Shown in pieces: positions 20,942 to 28,459 of a DNA stretch of 32,000 nucleotides (its first letter is position 1; every line of letters begins with the position of its first letter). The notes beneath the pieces are model-generated. The model made no database searches and had not been told where the DNA came from. It saw only the letters and a list, made by a program, of their open reading frames with translations. The stretch is from assembly GCF_043950625.1 (NCBI RefSeq), contig NZ_CP171007.1; one strand, 5' to 3'. This DNA is from Alkanindiges sp. WGS2144 (GTDB taxonomy: Bacteria > Pseudomonadota > Gammaproteobacteria > Pseudomonadales > Moraxellaceae). Made by a program: the position numbers and the translations under genes.

Positions 20942-21775
20942 TTATGCTTGTTTGGCGTGTTCCCAAAAATAATAATGCAGTTCATTCGTGGTTTCGGCCA
21001 CAATATTACGGTCACTTTTTAAAATCGTATCAGCACGTTTTTTGCGGGGGTAGGGAAGCTGGGTACTATCACCGTAGCGTGGTAGTTGATTTTCATGGCC
21101 AACCACGAACAGGAATTCATTTAAGCTCATCACTTTTTTGGCATGGTTGGCAAAGCGCAACGTGGCCCGATAGGAAAAGCCTGACTGGTAAAAGCGTTTT
21201 AAAATCTGCGTGCCATCGTTTTTATTTTTAAAGTCCTTAATATTTTCAATCGCTTCATTAAGCTGATGAATTTCATGCAGCAATTTCTGGTTTTCAATAG
21301 GCGCTGGCATATTTTGCTGGAGCATTTCCAGTTGATGCTCAAACCATTCAATTACTTCGTCAGGCTCAACCTTCAGGATTGAGACTGCCGGATTTCTGGT
21401 AAAATTAACAGCAATCACATCCTCAATGATTTGGGGTGTTTCTAGTAGTTTAGGAAATTTCTTTAGCTCAAAACGCGCTACAATTTCCTGGGCCTGTTGT
21501 GAATAATCAGCAATCAGATGCTTGATTTCACCCAGATGATAAGGGGTCAGTAATATCAGGCATTTAAGGCGTGGCTTTTCTAGAGATGTTAGTGACTTGC
21601 TGGCAAAGCGTTCTCCCTGGCTTTTAACAAAGGTATGCATTTTAACAGGAATCTGCTGCGCCTCAGCACGACTGCGTAAATGCATTAGCGCTTGATGATA
21701 GCTATCAAACCATTTTGAAATTTCCAGCCGTAGCAGAGCATGTTGTTCGGCTTGGGTGATTCGTTCTGGACGCAT
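20942..21775 (-). CDS. hypothetical protein; possible very distant Tus (replication terminus-binding) relative
   Basis: 277-aa ORF with its own terminator and an AT-rich upstream region. No family recognised with certainty. Collinear short motifs are shared with E. coli Tus (see findings). Confidence 0.5.
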   Translation of the reverse strand: MRPERITQAEQHALLRLEISKWFDSYHQALMHLRSRAEAQQIPVKMHTFVKSQGERFASKSLTSLEKPRLKCLILLTPYHLGEIKHLIADYSQQAQEIVARFELKKFPKLLETPQIIEDVIAVNFTRNPAVSILKVEPDEVIEWFEHQLEMLQQNMPAPIENQKLLHEIHQLNEAIENIKDFKNKNDGTQILKRFYQSGFSYRATLRFANHAKKVMSLNEFLFVVGHENQLPRYGDSTQLPYPRKKRADTILKSDRNIVAETTNELHYYFWEHAKQA

Positions 21776-21955
21776 AGTTTATCCAATTTTAAAAACTAGC
21801 ATTTTATCATAGTGTAAATTTATAAAAATACCAGAAAAATGTACAATAAATCCTCAAAACCACATTTTCATTTCAAAACAAGTCATCAACAAAGGTTCTA
21901 TAGGGTTAAAGACCAAGACCCAACATAATAAAAGGCCAGATAACCCGGGAGAATA

Positions 21956-22291
21956 ATGATGCAACTCATGTCCAACCTATCAGACTGCACTAAAGCCTGT
22001 ATTGAGTGTTCTATTGCCTGTACCCACTGTGCCGATGCCTGTTTAAAAGAAGAAGATATACAAATGATGCGTCAGTGCATCCAGCGCTGCCTTGAGTGTG
22101 TTGAGCTATGCAAGCTGTGCGCTTCATTTGATATTCGACAATCGGTTTTAAGCGCAAAATTATGTGCTGTATGCGCTGACGCCTGTGAGCGTTGCTATGA
22201 AGAATGTAGCAAGCATAAACATGAGCATTGCCAGATTTGTGCCCAGGCTTGTAAAAAGTGCGCAGAAGAATGCCGTAAGATGGCCGCTTAA
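21956..22291 (+). CDS. Cys-rich four-helix-bundle copper-binding protein (DUF326 / Csp3-like)
   Basis: 111 aa with about 21 Cys in repeated CxxxC/CxxC spacing (CIECSIACTHCADAC, CLECVELCKLC, CAVCADACERC, CQICAQACKKCAEEC). GGGAG RBS. No signal peptide. Confidence 0.75.
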   Translation: MMQLMSNLSDCTKACIECSIACTHCADACLKEEDIQMMRQCIQRCLECVELCKLCASFDIRQSVLSAKLCAVCADACERCYEECSKHKHEHCQICAQACKKCAEECRKMAA

Positions 22292-22350
22292 TTTAAACAT
22301 GGGGCAGGGCGGAGTTAGGCCAATGGTCAACACGCCCTAGTTACCTGTAT

Positions 22351-23217
22351 TTAAAATGTTGCTTCCAGGCCAGCAGGCAGGACGGCAGAACGACCAGATA
22401 ATCGCTCAAAGTCTCTTACTTCATGTGAATAAAAAATATCAATTTCATGCCCATGGCTTGCTTTTAATTCCCTTAAACGTGTCTGGTTGTTTAAGCGTGC
22501 CGGACGGTCTTTTTCCAGCAAGGTTTGGTAAAACTGTAAGCCAGGGGTGCAATAGGATTTATGCAAATCCATTTCTTTGTGATAAAAATAAGCATCTGCG
22601 GCATTAAGTAGCCATTTTTCATCAGACTGAATGGCAATGCCAGCATGCCCATGCGTATGACCAGCTAACGGTACAAGGAGTATTTCTGGCGGCAAGCCCT
22701 CTAGCTCACGAACGGCATCAAAACCATACCAGGCTTCCCCTGTGCCAGTATGGTAGACCTTCCAGTTTTTGCGGTATGACCATTGCTGCGGGCGAAAGCG
22801 CTGGCGATCAAGCCATGTTTTTTGAGAAAGGGCATAATCGCGTTCAATTTGCATCATATGCACAGTAGCGTGGGGAAAATCATCCAATCCACCAGCATGG
22901 TCAAAGTCCAGGTGTGATAGCACAATATGACGTACATCGCGTGGATTATAACCCAGGCGCTCAATTTGCCGGAACGCTGTCATTTCCTCACGAAGTTCTG
23001 GCGGCACCAGAAAACGAAATAACCAGCCCAACCGGGTACGGGGAGAGGCCACATCCCTTAAGCCAAAACCGGTATCTACCAGCACCAAACTATTGGCAGT
23101 TTCTATTAATACACAGGTACAGGTTAGGCGGCCACGCAGTTTGCCATAAGAAAAACCATCCATCAGTGCGCCACCCAATGGACAAGTAGAAATACTATTT
23201 AAATAATGAATACGCAT
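22351..23217 (-). CDS. MBL-fold metallo-hydrolase
   Basis: 288 aa. Metal-binding motif SHLDFDHAGG and a later GHTHGH. Confidence 0.8.
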   Translation of the reverse strand: MRIHYLNSISTCPLGGALMDGFSYGKLRGRLTCTCVLIETANSLVLVDTGFGLRDVASPRTRLGWLFRFLVPPELREEMTAFRQIERLGYNPRDVRHIVLSHLDFDHAGGLDDFPHATVHMMQIERDYALSQKTWLDRQRFRPQQWSYRKNWKVYHTGTGEAWYGFDAVRELEGLPPEILLVPLAGHTHGHAGIAIQSDEKWLLNAADAYFYHKEMDLHKSYCTPGLQFYQTLLEKDRPARLNNQTRLRELKASHGHEIDIFYSHEVRDFERLSGRSAVLPAGLEATF

Positions 23218-23391
23218 GATGTAATCACTTTTAAAATACTAATGGATTTGTTCTAGCATGATGCTTTCCTTGATTCAGTGTTCTATTTTTACGTTTTGTT
23301 ATTTTATGCCTTAAGTCTCTGCTTAAAACCCGGTCACAAGTGCTCAACCTGTTACACTGTCGCTTTTATGCAGCAAACAAGAGGTGATTGC

Positions 23392-23838
23392 ATGTCTTTT
23401 TATGTTTATCTTTCCGGTGAAATTCACACTGGCTGGCGTGAGGAAGTTGAACAGGGTGCCGAGCAAAAAGGGCTGGATATTGTCTTTACTGCACCGGTGA
23501 CACATCATGAGTCAAGTGATGCAGCTGGCGATGTATTGGGCCCGGAAAATCGTGATTTCTGGCGTGATCATAAGTCGGCCAAGGTAAATGCCATTCGTAC
23601 CCAAACCCTGATCCAGCAGGCGGATCTGGTTATTGTGCGTTTTGGCGACAAATACAAGCAGTGGAATGCGGCTTTTGATGCGGGTTACTGTGCTGCCCTG
23701 GGCAAGCCATATATTACCCTGCATGATGAAAGCATTATCCATCCACTAAAAGAAGTAGATGCCAATGCACAGGCCTGGGCAACCAGTACTGATCAAGTGG
23801 TTGAAATTTTATCCTATGTATTAAGCAACAATAGTTAA
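23392..23838 (+). CDS. YtoQ-family (nucleoside 2-deoxyribosyltransferase-like) protein
   Basis: The conserved start is the internal Met (MSFYVYLSGEIHTGWREEV) at 23392, with AGAGG upstream. 148 aa. Confidence 0.65.
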   Translation: MSFYVYLSGEIHTGWREEVEQGAEQKGLDIVFTAPVTHHESSDAAGDVLGPENRDFWRDHKSAKVNAIRTQTLIQQADLVIVRFGDKYKQWNAAFDAGYCAALGKPYITLHDESIIHPLKEVDANAQAWATSTDQVVEILSYVLSNNS

Positions 23839-23901
23839 ATAAATAATAAGAAATCTGGTGTGTTTTTGTTGGGATAGCTGTATGCTGCGCCAGTTTTTAT
23901 T

Positions 23902-23941
23902 TATGATCACTTATAGAAGGAATGTTTTATAAGTGATCATA
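23902..23941. terminator. perfect 14-bp inverted repeat between the convergent ytoQ-like and dsbG-like genes
   Basis: TATGATCACTTATA-gaaggaatgttt-TATAAGTGATCATA. The stem is AT-rich, so this is either a terminator or a protein-binding palindrome. Confidence 0.45.
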
Positions 23942-23967
23942 CGTGCATAGTGACAAACAGTTTAGTT

Positions 23968-24561
23968 TTATTGGTCAAAAATACTGTTTATATCCTTGGG
24001 TAAACCGCTCATGGCCTGTAGTCTGCCTTTTTTGTCTTGCCAGATAATGGCAGGAGTAGAATAAATTCCATAACTCGCCATTAATTGCAGGTTCTTGTTG
24101 AGCTGGCTTTGAATATCAGCCGGAACATTCACCAATGGTTTAATGGCGGTGCGATAATCGACAGCGGAGTTAAACGCTTTAAATGCGCTAGTGGGATCTT
24201 TTGCGCTTAATAAGGCGGCTGCTTTGCCTGCACTGTCTTCTCGAAGAATTCCAACCATAATATGCCTTACCTGAATCTGATTGTTATCCACCCAGGGGCG
24301 AACTTTTTGCCAAAACTGGTGGCAATACGGGCAGTTAGGGTCAGAAAACACATATACAATTTGTTTGGCCTGTTTTGAGCCATCAGCAATCCAGGTGGTT
24401 TTTGATAAATCCTGCCAGATTTTTTTCTCAACAGCCTGTGCATCTTGCTGCTCGGCAGCTTTTGTGTTGGTAGTGGTAGCTGCGGGTTTTGCATGACTTG
24501 CAGGCACATAAGCGGTTGCAATGATTAAACTAGTGAGGAAAGCCTTGCTGTATCTATTCAT
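23968..24561 (-). CDS. periplasmic thiol:disulfide interchange protein, DsbG/ScsC-like (CPYC)
   Basis: 197 aa. Signal peptide (ATAYVPASHA/K) and thioredoxin fold with active site DPNCPYCHQFW. Its start overlaps the stop of the upstream gene (ATGA). Confidence 0.8.
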   Translation of the reverse strand: MNRYSKAFLTSLIIATAYVPASHAKPAATTTNTKAAEQQDAQAVEKKIWQDLSKTTWIADGSKQAKQIVYVFSDPNCPYCHQFWQKVRPWVDNNQIQVRHIMVGILREDSAGKAAALLSAKDPTSAFKAFNSAVDYRTAIKPLVNVPADIQSQLNKNLQLMASYGIYSTPAIIWQDKKGRLQAMSGLPKDINSIFDQ

Positions 24562-25400
24562 GGGAGATCCTTGCTGGGTAAAAGTAGGGGGGTGAGTTGA
24601 TGCAGTAAACTGGCATGACTGAGTTCGCCAACATGGGTACTGACGATTTGACCATGCTGATTAACAAAAAATGTGGTCGGTAGACCCTGGTAACCAAATG
24701 CTGCGCCAGCCTGTGCCTGAGGGTCTAACATTATCTGTTTCAGGTTCAGGTTTTCCCTGGCGAGATAGTGTTCTACCTGCTGCGAGCTTTCACCCTGATT
24801 AATAAAAACAAACTCAATAGCGGGAAACTGCTGTTGTGCAGCAGCCAGCACGAGCATTTCACGATGGCAGGGTGGGCACCAGCTAGCCCATAAATTAATA
24901 ACCGTGGGCTTTTGGCTATATTGATCAAGCTGAATAATTTTATTGTGGCTTAATGAATGTAATTGCAAGGCAGGCAGGTTATTTTGTTGCGGTAAGGCCA
25001 CATGCTTAAGACTGGTCAATGCAATATAAATAGCAAGAAAACCAACACTAAACAACGCCAGCATATTTCTAAGGCTTTTATTCAAAAAATGCAGAACCAG
25101 CAGCCAGATTACCGGAACAATCAATGCATAGAGCCAGGCAAAACCACCGTCACGAATATTTAGGATACTCAGCGGCTGGGCAAAATAAGCCTGATGCTGG
25201 ATTGCTACAAAAATTGCTCTGGCAACCAACATGTAACTTACACTGAGCCAGTGAATATACTTTTCTGCCTGTATAAATTGCTGAACTGAAGTCGCCTATT
25301 TTTTTAGCAAAAAAAGCATCAACAGGTAGGCCAGCACAGCAAAGACAAGTGGCCAGGGCAATATAAAGATGCCCAGATGAATGGCAGAAGTGGTGATCAT
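24558..25400 (-). pseudogene. membrane-anchored TlpA-like thiol-disulfide reductase interrupted by one in-frame TAG (25296..25298)
   Basis: The ATG at 25400 overlaps the dsbD stop (ATGA). The frame reads MITTSAIHLGIFILPWPLVFAVLAYLLMLFLLKK-TAG-ATSVQQFIQAEKYIHWLSVSYMLVARAIF..., continuous with track ORF 24558..25232 (WASWCPPCHREM thioredoxin motif). I checked the frame codon by codon. Confidence 0.75.
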
Positions 25401-27214
25401 GGCAGCCTGCTCATTAAGTCCTTGGTACTAAAACTTCCGGTCAAACGTAAATGCCTTTTTTCCTGACCATCGGCCTGCAAAAATAGAAAGGTAGGCGGTC
25501 CCATGACTTGATACTGATTCAGGATAGCTTGTTGTGATCCGTTAAACTGGGTTAAATCTACTTTAATCCTGCTGTAGGATTGCAGCTTTTGCTGTACTGC
25601 CGGATTGGGCAGGACATATTTTTCAATAGGCTGACAAGCCACGCACCAGTCTGCATAAATATCAATAACCACAGGTTTTTGCGCCTGCCGGGCTTGAGCC
25701 AGTGCACTATTAAATTGTTCAAGGGTAGTTACCCGCTGCCATTGCAAACGGTCAGCGACAGCTAGGGACTGCTTGCTATGCTGATAACTTAACCATGATT
25801 GATAGAACAGGTAAATAGCCGTACCCCCTATGGTAAGGAGCAGGATGATTTGTGCGGCCAGCATTAGTGGTTTTGTTGTCCGCTGTATCGCTGCTTTACT
25901 CCTGATAAAAACATATATCCACAAGGCGGCCATATACAGGGCAATACTGAGATCAAACAGAAAAGGAGCAAGCAAAGGACGGATAAAATATAGTGCAAGA
26001 GCCAGCATAATCCAGCCAAATACATGCTTGATGGTATCCATCCATAAGCCCGGTTTTGGTAAGTATTTGGCACCAAATGTACAGGCAATGATCAGGGGAA
26101 TACCCATACCCAAGCCCAGACAGAACAGTAAGGTTGCGCCTACAACGGCGTCGCCTGAATATGAAATATAAAGTAGGCTGCCAGCAAGTGGTGCACTCAT
26201 ACAGGGAGCGACCAGTAAAGCTGATAAAATACCCATTACCGCGGCGCCCATTAAGGTGCCATTTTTTTGCCGGGCCTGAAGCTGATTAATATAATTGACA
26301 GCCCGTTGTGGTAACAGGTTAAGATCAAATAGCCCAAATAAATTAAGTGCCAGAACAATAAATAACCCACTAAACAAACCAATGATCGCGGGTTGCTGTA
26401 ATGCTCGCTGAAAACCACCGCCTGTACTAGCGATCAATAGACCCAGCAGGGCATATACTGTGGCCATACATAACACAAAAACCAGAGAAATCAGCCAGGC
26501 TTTAATACCGGTTTTATTATTAACAATTAAGCTTGACACAATAGGCAGCATGGGCAGGGAGCAGGGGGTAAAGGCCAGTAAAATGCCCAGGCCAAAGAAT
26601 AATATAGTATTTAAAATAAAGCTGCGCTGCTGAATGCCAGTTGCAATTTTTTGATCTTCTGCCTGTAGAGCGGCCTCTTCTGTAGCTGCCTGCCCGGCAG
26701 AATTAGCCGCTGATGTATGAGTACCAAAGATAGTGGATCCAGAAGAAGAAAAAAGTCCACTCTTATCTTTTGCCTGTGCTGGTATGTGTATCAGTCCTTG
26801 CTTATCAACATAAATATCCCTGGTTATGGGTGGATAGCATAGACCTTCATTGGCACATCCTTGCCAGCGTACCTGATAGGTTTGATTGGCTTGAATGGGG
26901 AGGGTAAAGCCAACCTGATTGTAATAAACTTCTGTTCTGCCGAAATTGGGATCATCTTTTGTTAATGCTGACGGTAGCTCAAGCTTAATAGGCTGCCCAT
27001 CCAGAACTACCTGAAACTGCTGTTGATATAAATAATAGTCATCAGCAATTTTCCAGCTGAGCTGCGCCTCTTGCTCGTTAAGGGAAGACGCCTGAAATAT
27101 AAACGCCTATTCCGGATTTAAAAACCGGCTATCCGCAGCGTATCCCAGAGTAGAAGTCAGGATGGTCAGTAAGAAAGTAATTAATAATTGCCAATGTTTG
27201 TACAAAATCATCAT
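25397..27214 (-). pseudogene. dsbD: thiol:disulfide interchange protein DsbD interrupted by one in-frame TAG (27107..27109)
   Basis: Hand translation from ATG 27214 gives the signal peptide MMILYKHWQLLITFLLTILTSTLGYA, then ADSRFLNPE-TAG-AFIFQ...WQGCANEGLCYPP (DsbD alpha domain). It continues in frame into track ORF 25397..26551 (FTPCSLPM, APCMSAP, C-terminal WCVAC). The TAG sits where E. coli DsbD has Gln (DQAF). Confidence 0.85.
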
Positions 27215-27328
27215 CAAGCCATATTATGAAATTAGAAGCATTGAACCATGCTTGAATTAACGCAATATTAACAGCTTACCCTCAAGCGCCCAGATGAGTA
27301 GTCCAATCATGATTTATAGGAAGCCTAC

Positions 27329-27454
27329 ATGCTGATATTGCTGGTTGAAGATGATCCATTGATTGCCCAGGGCATAATTATGGGATTGCACCTACAAGAT
27401 ATTCAGGTGGAGCATGCCAGCAATGCCAGAGAAGCTTTATATTTCCTGCAATAG
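27329..27454 (+). pseudogene. 5' stump (41 codons) of an OmpR-family response regulator, truncated at the IS junction
   Basis: MLILLVEDDPLIAQGIIMGLHLQDIQVEHASNAREALYFLQ then stop. This is a typical receiver-domain N-terminus (acidic pair DD), lost after about beta2/alpha2. The rest of the gene is not found on the other side of the IS. Confidence 0.75.
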
Positions 27455-27493
27455 ACCTCTTGCGAAAGTAAAAACTGCCTCAATATAGATTTC

Positions 27494-28331
27494 ATGAAAT
27501 ATCAGAAATTAAACCGTTTTTCAGATTCTGAATTCAAGCGCTTGGTTGGTGTACCTCGACCAGTTTTTAGTGAAATGGTCGAAGTTTTAAAAGAAGCAGA
27601 ATCACTTAAAAAGAAATCTGGGCGTCCTCATACTTTAGTTATAGAGGATCAATTATTATTAACACTCAATTACTTACGGAATTACAGCACTCAATTGGAA
27701 TTGGCTGCAAATTACCATATCGCTGAAAGTAATGTGAATCGAACCATTAAAAAGGTTGAAGATGCATTAATGAAATCAAGGCGTTTTACCCTGCCAAAAC
27801 GAAGCATTACAACAGCAGACGAACAATTTAACTGGGTCATTATTGATGCTACAGAATGTTCAATAGAACGCCCGAAAAAAAAATCAGAGTAAGTTCTACA
27901 GTGGTAAAAAGAAGAAACATACGCTAAAAGCCCAAGTGATCTATCATCCGAAGAGTAAACAAATCATAGGAGTAGATATATCTTCTGGCAGTCAGCATGA
28001 TATTAAATTGGCAAGAAAAACAGTAAAAAAATTCAAACATTTTGAATATGTTATGACCGATTTAGGGTACTATGGGTTAGAGCAAGATGGCTTTAAATTA
28101 TTGATGCCAATAAAGAAAAAGAAGAATTTACCCTTATTTGATGTTGAGAAAAAGTACAATAAAATGATTGGAAAAATACGAGTTGTAATCGAACATATTA
28201 ACAGTCAATTGAAAAGATTTAGATGTGAAGTTATTGTTATCTGTATCGGATTTAACATAATATACATTATACGACGTTTTATTGCATTATTACATTGTAT
28301 ATATCAACACGCTAATCTACAGGGTTTCTAG
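27494..28331 (+). CDS. IS5/DDE_Tnp_4-type transposase in two frames (orfA 27494..27892; orfB frame open from 27867 to 28331), joined at an A9 run
   Basis: orfA has an HTH region and the first Asp (VIIDATE). The second frame reads KKNQSKFYSGKKKKHTLKAQV...MTDLGY...VIEHINSQLKRFR (the D, D and E of the DDE triad). Removing one A from the A9 run at 27875..27883 fuses the two frames. Confidence 0.8.
28250..28277 (-). other. dif/pdif-like XerC-XerD recombination site
   Basis: The reverse strand reads ACGTCGTATAA TGTATA TTATGTTAAAT. E. coli dif is GGTGCGCATAA TGTATA TTATGTTAAAT. XerD arm 11/11, central region 6/6, XerC arm 6/11. Confidence 0.7.
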
Positions 28332-28459
28332 GCAACTATTTATTTAGCTTTAAACTCTATTTAATAAGTCTATCATTCATACCATCTAGCTATATCCATT
28401 TTTACTTTATTTGCCAGGAAACGTTATTATAGTTACCTCTCTGGAGACTGGTTGAATAT

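Larger units (their letters stand above)
27456..28418 (+). mobile_element. IS5-superfamily insertion sequence (boundaries approximate, +/- 15 bp)
   Basis: Contains the transposase frames below. Imperfect terminal inverted repeats share the core AAGTAAAAA: left CCTCTTGCGAAAGTAAAAACTG, right reverse complement CCTGGCAAATAAAGTAAAAATG. No clear target-site duplication is visible. Confidence 0.6.

Noticed and set aside
21776-21955. A TerB-like site in the promoter of the Tus-like gene, as in E. coli tus autoregulation.
   Set aside because: The best candidate (CATAGTGTAAATTT, about 21818..21831) matches only about 8 of 14 core positions, which is not convincing.
25296-27109. Idea that the two in-frame TAG codons are recoded (suppressor tRNA, pyrrolysine-like or programmed read-through).
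   Set aside because: TAG is used as an ordinary terminator by several intact genes in the same window (GST-like, phasin, ppiD, pyrF). No recoding machinery or signal is visible. Nonsense mutation or sequencing error is simpler.
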